A stretch of 64,000 bases of DNA from Candidatus Heimdallarchaeota archaeon (GTDB lineage Archaea > Asgardarchaeota > Heimdallarchaeia > Heimdallarchaeales > Heimdallarchaeaceae): positions 32,001-96,000 of the forward strand of contig JAUVXV010000012.1 of assembly GCA_030603365.1 (NCBI GenBank), read 5' to 3'. Made by a program: the position numbers and the translations under genes. Under the pieces are notes generated by a model that saw nothing but the letters and a program-made list of their open reading frames with translations, had not been told where the DNA came from and made no database searches. Of the stretch, positions 20,376 through 30,753 are shown piece by piece. Numbering within the stretch: the stretch's first letter is position 1; every line of letters begins with the position of its first letter.

Positions 20376-22178
20376 TTATCTTATATGTTGGTTAGGACAT
20401 GTTATGAAACTTTCATCTCTAATTTCTCTTTCAACAGGTTCCATAAATGATTGATCAACTAGTTTACCTTTTGTATTGTAGAATCTCCACCAAATGGAGG
20501 TTTTCAGTTTGGCAATAATTTTTTCATCAATAAACTGCTCTTTTTCTTCTAGATCCACCATTATTTCTTTGTAATCTTCTTGATCTTCTTCAGTAAGGAA
20601 TAGATAGTAGTTCTTGATATCACTATTGAGTATCTGTTGTTTAACGGTATACAACCACTCGTCGAATCTTATTTTTTCATCTTCAGACATTATTCTATGG
20701 TTTGGTGGTACATAGGTTACCCCATACCCTCTAGCCTCTTCTCCTTCTTCATCTTTCATAATTTTGTAATCGGTTTTGTTTCTTAGACTATCAAAATAGT
20801 TGATAGGACCTTTACCTGAAACTCCTATGCACATATATTCAGTGCTTTTCCAAAGAGAACGTTGATACATATGGTCATGACCAAAGACTGCAGCACTTAC
20901 ACCATATTCATCAAACAGAGGTGTCAAACAACTTTGAGCTATTGTATCTGAATTATTAGTTGCTCTCCCAAAATAACCAATTGTAAAAATAGCTGAGTGC
21001 AAGAAGACATAACAGAATTGAGGAGCTATACCTTCATTTGCTCTTCTTCTCCATTTGCTTAGTTCATTATTCAGCCATTCCCATTGACGACTATCACAAG
21101 TTATGCTTTCATTACCCCAGGTTAATCCAACTGAATCTAGATGTATCATGAAAACATTACCTTCAGTATGAGAATAGAAAGCTCCTCCGTGTTTTCTTGG
21201 AGTTTGAATATACATGTGGAAATATTTCTGTGTTCTATTTGCTCCTCCAAACCATGAGCCTCTGCAAAATCCTCCGTTGAAATAATCATGATTTCCAATT
21301 GTAGGAGCAAAGGGTATGCGTGCAAGATTGGGGGATGCACAGGAGAATAGATCAGCCCAGTATTGGTGATAAGAACCATTATCTACATTATCACCACTTG
21401 TTGTAAAGACTTGATATCCTTTGTTGAAAGTATATTCCATTTCTTTGATATGAATATCTTTCATTAATTTCACTAGAGTTGGATTATTTCTAACTCCACA
21501 ACCTTTTCCTTTTCCACGCTTAAATCTAGCTTTAGAACCCCCATGAAGATCAGAGGTTGAAACAAAGAATACTGGTTGTTTAGTATCTTCTACAGCTGCT
21601 ACAAACTCAATTACTTTCGAAGCACCAATTAAGATCTCATTTTCATCATAACACTCTATTCTGTAATAGTAATCTTTCTTTTGTTCTAGATTCTCAATCA
21701 ATCCTAGGAACAGCTGAGGAGCTGATGAAACTGGATGATATGTAAATGATGAAGAATGCTTCATAGGTATAATGGCTAGCTCACATAAATCATCATTAAA
21801 CAGACGAATTAGGCATTTTCCCTTGAGTTTACTTAGGAAAGGCTTCTTCTTATTAATCTCAACAATTTCTTTTACTCTGTTAGGTTTTAGAAAACCATAA
21901 TCAAGATACAAAGTAACAAGAATTTTTGAAGGATCATCTTTAATTCTTAACTGATAATATTTGTCAATTACAAACTTAACAGGAGGAAGTTTCTCATCCT
22001 CTATTTCTTTAATAGAATAAGGTTTATACTCCACTTCTTCGAAATCTTCTAGCTCTATAGGATAGAAATTTTCTTCTTCCGCTAACCTTCTTCTAATAGA
22101 TTCTTTAATTTTTAGTCTATAACTTCTTGAAGGAATTTTATCTTCTGGAGGAATAATGTTAGATCTCTCTTTAGTCAT
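20376..22178 (-). CDS. Calcineurin-like metallophosphoesterase (purple acid phosphatase-like) with terminal extensions
   Basis: SDLH, GDNVD, GNHD, LH, GHDH motifs; no signal peptide visible. Confidence 0.85.
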   Translation of the reverse strand: MTKERSNIIPPEDKIPSRSYRLKIKESIRRRLAEEENFYPIELEDFEEVEYKPYSIKEIEDEKLPPVKFVIDKYYQLRIKDDPSKILVTLYLDYGFLKPNRVKEIVEINKKKPFLSKLKGKCLIRLFNDDLCELAIIPMKHSSSFTYHPVSSAPQLFLGLIENLEQKKDYYYRIECYDENEILIGASKVIEFVAAVEDTKQPVFFVSTSDLHGGSKARFKRGKGKGCGVRNNPTLVKLMKDIHIKEMEYTFNKGYQVFTTSGDNVDNGSYHQYWADLFSCASPNLARIPFAPTIGNHDYFNGGFCRGSWFGGANRTQKYFHMYIQTPRKHGGAFYSHTEGNVFMIHLDSVGLTWGNESITCDSRQWEWLNNELSKWRRRANEGIAPQFCYVFLHSAIFTIGYFGRATNNSDTIAQSCLTPLFDEYGVSAAVFGHDHMYQRSLWKSTEYMCIGVSGKGPINYFDSLRNKTDYKIMKDEEGEEARGYGVTYVPPNHRIMSEDEKIRFDEWLYTVKQQILNSDIKNYYLFLTEEDQEDYKEIMVDLEEKEQFIDEKIIAKLKTSIWWRFYNTKGKLVDQSFMEPVEREIRDESFITCPNQHIR

Positions 22179-22232
22179 CTCATGTAGGACTATTGAAATC
22201 GTTCTTTAAAATTTTACTACAAAGGAATGTGT

Positions 22233-22841
22233 TTATCTCTTGAAATGACACATATCATTAACTGTTTCAATAAGAAAATCACTTTTATTGTCCTTTTTGG
22301 TGTATATAATCTCATTAATACAGCAGTTATCTTGCTTCAAATTGTCGAAAATAATCTCAGAAGCATCAAGAATCTTAGCAATGATGGATCTTATACATCC
22401 TCCATGTGTCATAATAAGTATGTTATCTTTATCTGCATTCATTTCTGCTATCTTTCTGAAAATATCCCAAACTCTGTTTACAAAAATATTTGTTATTTCT
22501 CCACTAGATTCAACCATCAGCTTATCGAATTCTTCAACTGTATCTAATTTATCCAAAAACTCTGAAACTCCCATACCATCGTACTCACCTAAAGTGTGTT
22601 CTCTGAGTTCCTCAAAGTAGATCACAGGAACATTAAGTGTAGATTTGATTATCTCTGTTGTTTCTTCAGTGCGCTTCAAATCTGAACTATAGATTATTTC
22701 AATCTGTTTAGATTCTAATATATTAGCAAGAACTTCTGCTTGCTGTTGGCCTGTTTTGTTTAGGGGTATAGGTAGATGACCCATTATCAGTCTATTCTTG
22801 TTATAATCGGTTTCCCCATGTCTACAAAGATAAATTTTCAT
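22233..22841 (-). CDS. Histidine phosphatase (phosphoglycerate mutase-like)
   Basis: RHGETDYN, SSDLKR, LRE, THGG. Confidence 0.92.
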   Translation of the reverse strand: MKIYLCRHGETDYNKNRLIMGHLPIPLNKTGQQQAEVLANILESKQIEIIYSSDLKRTEETTEIIKSTLNVPVIYFEELREHTLGEYDGMGVSEFLDKLDTVEEFDKLMVESSGEITNIFVNRVWDIFRKIAEMNADKDNILIMTHGGCIRSIIAKILDASEIIFDNLKQDNCCINEIIYTKKDNKSDFLIETVNDMCHFKR

Positions 22842-22905
22842 TAGATTAGCAAAAACTGAATGGATTAAAAAGATTAGGGAAGGGAAGAGAACCTTTTAGG
22901 ATTCC

Positions 22906-23925
22906 CTATCTAACAACTCTTGTTAGTTTAGCTCCACATCTAGGACATGAATAACTTCCCTTTGGGATCTCAACACCACATGTTGTACAATTCTTGATTT
23001 TTCTTTCTCTTTTTTCATCTGTTTTACCAAATGGTTTGAGTATTAATCCTTCCTCAATAATATCCCAAGTATATAGTAAGGTACCTTGAAGCTGTTTTAG
23101 AGCGTTTTCAGGTAAAGTAATTCTATTCTGATTATCCAACACTAAAAATCTTGAACTATCAAGGTTAGTTAGATCTATACCCTCAAGATGTTCACCAATG
23201 AGAATACCATCACGAATTTCCAATGTTCTGTCTGAGAAATCTCCTACAATGGGATCATGAGAACAAATGAGAAAAGAAGTCTCTGTTTCTTCTTTAAGAT
23301 CATTGAATAATTCTAGAATTTGAGTTGAGGTTTCAATATCCACATTTCCTGTTGGTTCATCAGCAAAAATCAAGCTAGGATTATTAGCAAGAGCTCTTGC
23401 GATAGCAACTCTTTGCTGCTCACCTCCTGAGATTCTTTTGGGAGTATGTGCCCTTCTATGCCATATTCCTAAAGTCTCCATTAGTTCTTTAACTCTTTGT
23501 TTTCTTTTAGCAAAGGGAGTATTTACAAGTTTCATTGGCATCTCTATATTCTTTTCAATTGTCAAGTAGGGTATGAGATTTTGCTCCTGGAAGATATAAC
23601 CAATATTATGTCTTCTGAACTCAAATTGATCTTCTTCAGGAAGTTTAGTAATATCTGTTCCATCTGAATAAAAGATTTGACCTGCTATAGGTTTAAGCAT
23701 ACCACCTAAAGCTAGAAGGAGGGTGCTCTTTCCTGAACCTGAAGGACCAATGATTCCAAGTATTTCGCTCTTATTTATGTCAAAACTAACTCCTTTAAGT
23801 GCTACTACTTTATTCTGATGTTCCAGCCCATATACATGATAAATATCAATTACTTGTAACGCTAGACTTTCTGGTAAGGGTTCGATCTGAACTTTTCTTT
23901 TTACATCTCCGTACATCATAATCAC
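22906..23925 (-). CDS. ABC ATPase (LolD/MacB type) with C-terminal AbrB-like segment and Zn ribbon
   Basis: GPSGSGKS, ISGGEQQRVAIARAL, ADEPTGN; LDNQNRITLP; CTTC..CPRCG. Confidence 0.88.
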   Translation of the reverse strand: MIMMYGDVKRKVQIEPLPESLALQVIDIYHVYGLEHQNKVVALKGVSFDINKSEILGIIGPSGSGKSTLLLALGGMLKPIAGQIFYSDGTDITKLPEEDQFEFRRHNIGYIFQEQNLIPYLTIEKNIEMPMKLVNTPFAKRKQRVKELMETLGIWHRRAHTPKRISGGEQQRVAIARALANNPSLIFADEPTGNVDIETSTQILELFNDLKEETETSFLICSHDPIVGDFSDRTLEIRDGILIGEHLEGIDLTNLDSSRFLVLDNQNRITLPENALKQLQGTLLYTWDIIEEGLILKPFGKTDEKRERKIKNCTTCGVEIPKGSYSCPRCGAKLTRVVR

Positions 23926-23926
23926 C

Positions 23927-26737
23927 TCAGAATGTTCTCATTTCCTCCACTACATTGGTTCTTGAAGCAATAATTGCAGGCAGCAAGGTAGATAATAGAA
24001 TAATTACAAACGAACCAAGAATTGTTGCAATTAATATAAATGGTGGATAAACCAATTGTCTGTTAAATGACGTAATGCTGAAACTATCAAAGAATCCATT
24101 GAACTGATAGCCTAGTATGAAACCTATTAAAGTCCCTGATAATGTAGCAAGAATTGACATTGAAATTACTTCAGTTAATACTAGTTTAATCAGCTGATTC
24201 CGTGAAGCTCCTTCTGAAATTAATATTGCGAATTCCTTCTTTCTCTGGTTTATAATCATAAACATAAATAGAGAAACACCAATAACTATTGCAATCATGG
24301 AAATAAGGAAATTAATAGTTAAAAGCCCAGGAAAACCGAATCTCAATCCTTCTCGTTTTTTAACTAATTCGATTTCTTCCTCATGAGTTTGTGCATATAC
24401 AATCCATTCAAATTGTGAATTGAATTTCGCTGAAAGATTTTCTTCTACAGGATCTACTTCAGGTTTAAAATTTATTATTGCTCTTACAACTTCAAAAGTA
24501 AAGGGAGCATATGCAAAAATGAATTCTTCATCAACCAGCATAGTATAAAGAATATCTGTTTCGATAAAATCGATAATACCTCCAAATGCTCCAAAAGTAT
24601 AATCCATTATCTCACAAGGAGCATGATCTATGGTTATAGTAGCTTCAGCTTCATACACTGATTCATTATATATTGTGAAGTTAAATCTTGGATCTGCTTG
24701 AGTTTCCAGATATCTTGCAGTTTCTACTCCAACTCCAACATTTCTTAAAGGATCATCTTGAAGGGTTTGCAATCCTTCTTTCCAGTTTGAATATTCTACA
24801 ATAGAATCTGTATGCCATATTGCATGGTTTGCATATGTTGCTAAATTCGTTCCAAAACAGAGTACAGGTGTTGCACCTATATAGAAAACAGTCATGTAAA
24901 TTGGAATAACTGTTTCAATTTTGTCCTCATAACCAATAAAATCAGCTGCAGAGAGAGTTTTATACCCACCTAGAATATCAACCCTCATATCTCCACCAAT
25001 AGCGAAATCTGCATGTCTGATTATTTCTGCTGCTCCTGTTTCACCCTGTATAGCTCCAAAAACACATAAGGAAACAGATAAGCAAAGTAACACTGTCATT
25101 CTGGGAAAATTCTGATGTCTTCTCGATAGACTTCCTTTAAGCAGAACTCCTATATCTTTGAATATTTTAACCAAAGTCTTATCTAGTTTTTCGGGAATTT
25201 TAGTTGATAAACGACTAACTATCGAAGCTGCTCCGAACCAGAGTAATATTGGTGTAAAAGCTTGTAAAAGTTGTACTGTAAACCCAAATGCAACATTTGG
25301 ATTTGTATCTTCGATAACGGTAAAGAGGACACCAACTAATCCAATTAAGAAGAAAATAACGTCTCCGTAAATCTTCTTGAACCAGCTAATTTTCTCCTTT
25401 TCTACTGATGTAGCTACAGCAACCTCTTGTTGGATAAATGCATTGGTTTTCTTTCTCGTAGCTATGAAAAGAATCAATAGAGTTACAATTACCGTAGTAA
25501 TAATACTCCAAGCTTCAATGTTCAATGAAGAATAAGCAGTAGATAAAGTTGAGGTGTCTATGGCCATGAACCTATAGGTTGATAACACCATAGCTGCACC
25601 GAAAGTCCCTAAAAATATCCCTATAGCTTCTCCTAAAATTGCAATAAGAAACACTTCGAGATAAATCATACTCCGTATCTGTTTTGGGCTAGCTCCTTGA
25701 GCTTTGAGAACCGATATTTCGAATTTTCTTTCTCTTAAAGCTAACTCAGCACCTAAATTTATTAAAATAACCGATAGAATTATTGCTGGAATATAAAGGA
25801 CCGAATCAATAATTTGCATTATGATAATTAGTCCTTGATAAGCAAAAAGAGCTCCAGAAATCAGGTTTCTTCCCTCCAAAGGAATTTTCTGTTCCATTCT
25901 CTTAAGAACAATAGTAATATGTTCATTGAATTTTATCAAATTGCTTAATGGAAATTTAGTAAGGTCCAGTTTAGTGGGAAGATGGTACATATTAAACGCA
26001 GTTAGGTTACCAATAATACTGGAATTGAAACTTTCACTCTGAATCAATAAATAATCAGAATCTAGAAGTAATCCAGGATTGAAAAATCCTTTAACTGTAA
26101 GATTAAAAGAATAAGATAATACGCCCACATCATCATAAGTAAGACCATTGAATACGGTTTTATTTATGTAGAAAGAATATGGAAGTGTATCATTAATCTG
26201 AATTCCTAGATTCTTATACTGGTTTATTGATAGTAAAATACCATTATCCTCTAGATTATTCTCACCAGCGACCATATTTATTCGATCTATAATGGTACTG
26301 TTTTCAAACTCTGCATCAACAATCACAGGTTCAAAGAATGGTTGGTCAACATCAAAACCTATTGATGCTGAGAAATTAAAATCTGGTGTTACATATGAAT
26401 AGTAAATATTCCCTCTAGTTGTCTTATCATAATGAGAATGACGCCCATAAACAACTACACTATCAAGAAACTCTTCCTCTTGAATGATTAGATTAGCAAT
26501 TTCAGCTGGTGTTGCGTTGAAATCAGTATCAAATGGATGAAAAGTCACCTCAGCTTCAACATTATCAATCATATCTTGAACTGTAATTGAATTGATTATA
26601 GAACCATAGAAGAAAATACTTGAAAAAATTGCAGCACCAAGTACCATTCCTGCTCCAATTGATACACTTCTACGTTTATTGGAAAACATGGATCTAAAAG
26701 ATAGTCCAATGAAAGAAAAGAACCTTGGACGTTTCAT
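23927..26737 (-). CDS. FtsX/MacB-like ABC permease (two permease repeats)
   Basis: ERKFEISVLKAQGAS and QRKKEFAILISEGAS; multiple TM helices and two external domains. Confidence 0.88.
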   Translation of the reverse strand: MKRPRFFSFIGLSFRSMFSNKRRSVSIGAGMVLGAAIFSSIFFYGSIINSITVQDMIDNVEAEVTFHPFDTDFNATPAEIANLIIQEEEFLDSVVVYGRHSHYDKTTRGNIYYSYVTPDFNFSASIGFDVDQPFFEPVIVDAEFENSTIIDRINMVAGENNLEDNGILLSINQYKNLGIQINDTLPYSFYINKTVFNGLTYDDVGVLSYSFNLTVKGFFNPGLLLDSDYLLIQSESFNSSIIGNLTAFNMYHLPTKLDLTKFPLSNLIKFNEHITIVLKRMEQKIPLEGRNLISGALFAYQGLIIIMQIIDSVLYIPAIILSVILINLGAELALRERKFEISVLKAQGASPKQIRSMIYLEVFLIAILGEAIGIFLGTFGAAMVLSTYRFMAIDTSTLSTAYSSLNIEAWSIITTVIVTLLILFIATRKKTNAFIQQEVAVATSVEKEKISWFKKIYGDVIFFLIGLVGVLFTVIEDTNPNVAFGFTVQLLQAFTPILLWFGAASIVSRLSTKIPEKLDKTLVKIFKDIGVLLKGSLSRRHQNFPRMTVLLCLSVSLCVFGAIQGETGAAEIIRHADFAIGGDMRVDILGGYKTLSAADFIGYEDKIETVIPIYMTVFYIGATPVLCFGTNLATYANHAIWHTDSIVEYSNWKEGLQTLQDDPLRNVGVGVETARYLETQADPRFNFTIYNESVYEAEATITIDHAPCEIMDYTFGAFGGIIDFIETDILYTMLVDEEFIFAYAPFTFEVVRAIINFKPEVDPVEENLSAKFNSQFEWIVYAQTHEEEIELVKKREGLRFGFPGLLTINFLISMIAIVIGVSLFMFMIINQRKKEFAILISEGASRNQLIKLVLTEVISMSILATLSGTLIGFILGYQFNGFFDSFSITSFNRQLVYPPFILIATILGSFVIILLSTLLPAIIASRTNVVEEMRTF

Positions 26738-27480
26738 TATTGTTTCTCCTCCTTTTTACTATCTTTCTCTACTAATGATTGAGTTTGTTCTTGTAACACT
26801 TTTCCTTTCTGTAGGATGTATAATCGATCTGTTTCACGAGCACTAAGAGTGTCGTGTGTAACCATGATTATTGTTATTTTCTTTTCTTTAGTTAATTTCT
26901 TAAAAAGTTGGATTATTTCTTTACCTGTATGAGTATCAAGATTTCCTGTTGGTTCATCTGCATAGATGATATCAGGATCATGAGCTAAAGCTCGAGCAAC
27001 TGCAACTCGTTGTTGTTCGCCACCACTTAATTCCTCAGGTAAGTGATCAACTCTTGCATATAGTCCTACTATTTCCAGAAAATCTATTGACTTCTTTTCA
27101 GCTTCTTTTTCAGTTATTCCTCTTAATTTCATTGGAAGTTTGACGTTTTCTTTTGCAGTAAGATAAGGAATTAAAGCAAAATTCTGAAAAACAACAGAAG
27201 ATTTAGTTCTTCTGATTCGTAATCTATCTTTGTATTTTGTATTTTTAAGATCTACTCCAGCGACTTTTACCTCACCATCAGTAATAAGCTCCAAAGTTGC
27301 TAAAATGTTTAACAGAGTTGATTTTCCACTACCAGAGGGGCCCATAATACCTATGAATTCTCCCCTTTTTATTTTCATATCCACTCCAGTTAGAACATTA
27401 ACTAATTCTCCTCCAGGGAGCTGAAAATCTTTTATCAAAGCTGAAGTCTCTATAGAAACACTTCTAGATTTCTTAACCAT
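26737..27480 (-). CDS. ABC ATPase (LolD/MacB type)
   Basis: GPSGSGKS, LSGGEQQRVAVARAL, ADEPTGNLD, VTHD; stop overlaps the permease start. Confidence 0.92.
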   Translation of the reverse strand: MVKKSRSVSIETSALIKDFQLPGGELVNVLTGVDMKIKRGEFIGIMGPSGSGKSTLLNILATLELITDGEVKVAGVDLKNTKYKDRLRIRRTKSSVVFQNFALIPYLTAKENVKLPMKLRGITEKEAEKKSIDFLEIVGLYARVDHLPEELSGGEQQRVAVARALAHDPDIIYADEPTGNLDTHTGKEIIQLFKKLTKEKKITIIMVTHDTLSARETDRLYILQKGKVLQEQTQSLVEKDSKKEEKQ

Positions 27481-27545
27481 TTCAATTTACATTTGCAGAA
27501 GTATAAATAAATATAGCTGAAAAAAAAGAGTAAAGAAAAATAAGT

Positions 27546-29294
27546 TTAGTCCAATAGAACTCCACTTAATTTCATATCATTTAAAATTCTATCAATCATT
27601 TGCTTCTGATCTGTTTCCACCTCGCTAGTTTCTACTTCAATTCCTAGTAATAACGAGTTAGTTTCATTATAAGTGATACTTACATGATCAATGTCAAGAT
27701 CTTTTAAATCAGGATCTACACCTATATCCCATACAAAAGTCACTATTGTATTATCTTTATTAAATTCGACATGTTTGGTAAGTATCTCTTTGTCTTCTAT
27801 ATAGTTTGCCAGTTTATCAACATTAATGCTTCTATTCAAAGTCATATTGATAACGAAATCTTTGAGAGCTTTTCTCTCCATTTTCCTTTTGCTCCATCGT
27901 AGATAAAAGACAATTCCTATCCAACATACAAGACTAATGATGAACATTATTAGAGTCCCGTATTTGGACATTAAACCCCCGAAAACAGTATCAGATGATC
28001 CGTATTCACCAACAGCAAAAGCAAAAACTTCTAGTATTATACTTCCTGCTAATATCAATTCAATCATGTCAATAGCTTCACCAGTTCTTGTATTTGCCTG
28101 AAGAACTTGATTCATACTCTTAGTATTTCTTGTCATTGCTTTGTTCATATTTCTCATTTGCATTTCAGATAGTGTTGAGATGTAATTTCTAATTCCTTCA
28201 AGTTCAGTTAGTAAACCATTGATTATCTTGTCTGCTTCCTTTACTCTTTCCCTTGAAATATTCAATCCTTTTTCAACGTCATATAAATCATTCAAATCAG
28301 AAATATTGTTTTCTTTATAAATTTGCATCAGTTCGAATGTCGAATCTTTTAGAAATTCTTGTATCTGACCTACCAAGCTGATTGTACTTGTAAGAAGAGT
28401 AATTTGCTCTTGAACTTTATTTAAAGCATCTGTATTACCTCTTACAGCTTCATCAACAAGATATTTGATATTATTTGCTTGGTCATAAAGTTCCCAGATT
28501 CTTGACATGAAACAATCAACAAAAGTACTAATAGCATGTTGAATGCCCCAGAGGGTTATTTGGTATTCATTTTCTTCTGTAAAATTATCTAATATAGCTA
28601 AAGTTCCTCTTGTACCCTTGAAGAAAAGATTTGAACCCTTTTGGTAAGGTTTGTGCCCTTCACCAATTAATTGACTAATTTCTATTTCGCAGTCTTCCCC
28701 ATCACAATATTCTTTCACATCATCATGTCTAATATTGATATCTTCACCTATATAGCAAATTGTTTTTGGTCTGTGCATTGGATTACCAAAAATTATTTCA
28801 ATGAAATTTCTTTGAAACTCAGTTAGAAGACTGTCTATAACCATAGAACTGTCTTGCGATATATCTGCTACAACTCGTGAAAGCTTATCCAGAGACATAA
28901 AACTATTTTGTCCTTCTATCTCACGTAGATTTAGAGAGTAGACTACAAAACCAGTTTTTGAGATGAAAATGGCCATTTCTTCTATTTGGACAATTCCTTC
29001 CTCCTCAGTTAGATCAATTACTGCTTCAAGATTAACGAAACTATCTAGAATATAATCTTGAACGAGTACTTTTGTATGTTTGCCAGTAGAGTAGAATATT
29101 GGTACATTTGGTGATTTATCAATTAGACCTGTTAGAAGGGTTTTATGGGCACCTTTTTCTATATCGAGTTTTTTATTAAGTTCTCTCATTTGATTTGAAT
29201 CAAAGGGTAGCCATTCTATTACAAATATCTTGGGATTTTTAATATAAAGAATTTCAGATAATTCATCTTTTATAGTGTGCGATGTATCTTCCAT
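27546..29294 (-). CDS. Uncharacterised membrane protein with CorA-like topology (alpha/beta domain, long helical stalk, two TM helices, C-terminal soluble domain)
   Basis: Heptad-like helices followed by IELILAGSIILEVFAFAVG and LIMFIISLVCWIGIVFYL; no GMN motif; GAGGAG upstream. Confidence 0.6.
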   Translation of the reverse strand: MEDTSHTIKDELSEILYIKNPKIFVIEWLPFDSNQMRELNKKLDIEKGAHKTLLTGLIDKSPNVPIFYSTGKHTKVLVQDYILDSFVNLEAVIDLTEEEGIVQIEEMAIFISKTGFVVYSLNLREIEGQNSFMSLDKLSRVVADISQDSSMVIDSLLTEFQRNFIEIIFGNPMHRPKTICYIGEDINIRHDDVKEYCDGEDCEIEISQLIGEGHKPYQKGSNLFFKGTRGTLAILDNFTEENEYQITLWGIQHAISTFVDCFMSRIWELYDQANNIKYLVDEAVRGNTDALNKVQEQITLLTSTISLVGQIQEFLKDSTFELMQIYKENNISDLNDLYDVEKGLNISRERVKEADKIINGLLTELEGIRNYISTLSEMQMRNMNKAMTRNTKSMNQVLQANTRTGEAIDMIELILAGSIILEVFAFAVGEYGSSDTVFGGLMSKYGTLIMFIISLVCWIGIVFYLRWSKRKMERKALKDFVINMTLNRSINVDKLANYIEDKEILTKHVEFNKDNTIVTFVWDIGVDPDLKDLDIDHVSITYNETNSLLLGIEVETSEVETDQKQMIDRILNDMKLSGVLLD

Positions 29295-29295
29295 T

Positions 29296-29925
29296 TTATC
29301 TCCTCACAAGTTTATCTGCAATCCTAAGAAAGTAAGGTTTAGAAACATAACTTACATCCTCACTTTCCAAAAAGTCCAATTGAAAGTCAGAAACGTCACA
29401 TTCGGGACAATCAATTTTGATGTCCGGATCATCTCCCATATTCATATAGAAATCTAAGTGGGTTTTACAGTGTTCACAATAAAATAGGTTATGTACTTCA
29501 TCTTGAACATCTTGAGGAATAAGTTTCAGATATTTGAATCCTAAAACTGTGATTCGATAAGCAGTAACAAAGCCATGTTGTGATGTGCTTAAGCGTATTT
29601 TTTCTAGAAAATCTAATTCTCTTAAATCCTCAATATCATCTACACCTTCATAAGAGAGATTAACAGTAAAACTACTGCGTCCAAAGAGTTGTATTGAAGT
29701 TGGAGCATAGTCATATGTCTCATATGTTCCCTTCACAATCTGATAATAAATCACTGCCCACAGAGGGAGCTCTTTTACCCAAATTCTCTCATTATTTGTT
29801 TCCAGATAATGATCCCCGCCTTTTACCCATTTTGTGAGATAGTCAATTGTATAAAGCAAGATTTGTTGGTCTCTAGTTAGTCTTGCCATATCTAAGTTAT
29901 CCCCCATTGGTTGCTCGAAAGTCAT
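29296..29925 (-). CDS. Uncharacterised winged-helix-like protein with C-terminal Zn ribbon, coupled to the membrane gene
   Basis: DDIEDLRELDFLEK..AYRITVLGFKYL resembles a wHTH wing; CEHC..CPEC; stop is 1 nt from the next ATG. Confidence 0.65.
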   Translation of the reverse strand: MTFEQPMGDNLDMARLTRDQQILLYTIDYLTKWVKGGDHYLETNNERIWVKELPLWAVIYYQIVKGTYETYDYAPTSIQLFGRSSFTVNLSYEGVDDIEDLRELDFLEKIRLSTSQHGFVTAYRITVLGFKYLKLIPQDVQDEVHNLFYCEHCKTHLDFYMNMGDDPDIKIDCPECDVSDFQLDFLESEDVSYVSKPYFLRIADKLVRR

Positions 29926-30011
29926 ACTTCAAAAACAAACCTTTAAGATATTTTAATCTTTCTGGAAAAACTTTTTTAATAAAGTAAAAAAAGAATTGAA
30001 AGATAAAATAA

Positions 30012-30656
30012 TCATCTTTTCTTCTCTAATTCTTTATCTTTTTTTGCGATTCTTTCAACTAAATCTTTGAAACCACGAGGTTCTTGATCTGAGTCAAATG
30101 TGAAAACAACAGGACGACGTTTACGTTCGACATCAAGTGCTCTAGCAATCTTTCCTGCTTCATATTTCTCTCTTACCTGGGATTTCTTTCCAATCCAGAC
30201 ATATATTTCGTCATAAGCATCTAAAACAAAGGAATCATTTGATTTTAGGTTCTTATATTTTATTGGAACCTCTTTAGTTTGAATTGTGCCATCGTCTTTT
30301 TGGATTATCTGAAGTAATTTATAATCAATATCCGCTTTCAATTCAAAGTGTTTTAAGAATCCAGGGGTATCACCTTCAATAACCTGAAAATCAAGTAATT
30401 CTTTGAATTCTTCAGGTTCATCTCCTTCCATAATTGTTTTGATAAGTAGATCTTTGTTTTCTTCTTCGACAACCTTAGCTGTCCAAGCACCTACAGCTTT
30501 ATCATCACAATAAGATTTAGACCCTAACCAAATCCAAATATGAGTGGATGTTGTAATAAGATAAACATCACCATTTAGAAATTTATAAGGTTCTTTTACT
30601 GGATTTAGCCTTTTTCTAACTACGTGATAAACATTCATGTTAACACTTATTTTCAT
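30012..30656 (-). CDS. Two-domain gelsolin/villin-family actin regulator
   Basis: Two repeats: FLNGDVYLI..IWIWLGSKS..EGDEPEEF and LKSNDSFVLD..IYVWIGKKS..DQEPRGF. Confidence 0.88.
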   Translation of the reverse strand: MKISVNMNVYHVVRKRLNPVKEPYKFLNGDVYLITTSTHIWIWLGSKSYCDDKAVGAWTAKVVEEENKDLLIKTIMEGDEPEEFKELLDFQVIEGDTPGFLKHFELKADIDYKLLQIIQKDDGTIQTKEVPIKYKNLKSNDSFVLDAYDEIYVWIGKKSQVREKYEAGKIARALDVERKRRPVVFTFDSDQEPRGFKDLVERIAKKDKELEKKR

Positions 30657-30753
30657 CAGAGCATAAAAGATTTATGAAAAAAGCAATCGTATAACTTATT
30701 TTTTGATTGCTTAACTCGTAAGATTTTAATAGTTTTAAGAAGATAAAATCCTT

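Noticed and set aside
30681-30712. Inverted repeat aagcaatc-N16-gattgctt upstream of gelsolin
   Set aside because: Single copy with 8-bp arms in AT-rich DNA; could be regulatory but chance cannot be excluded.
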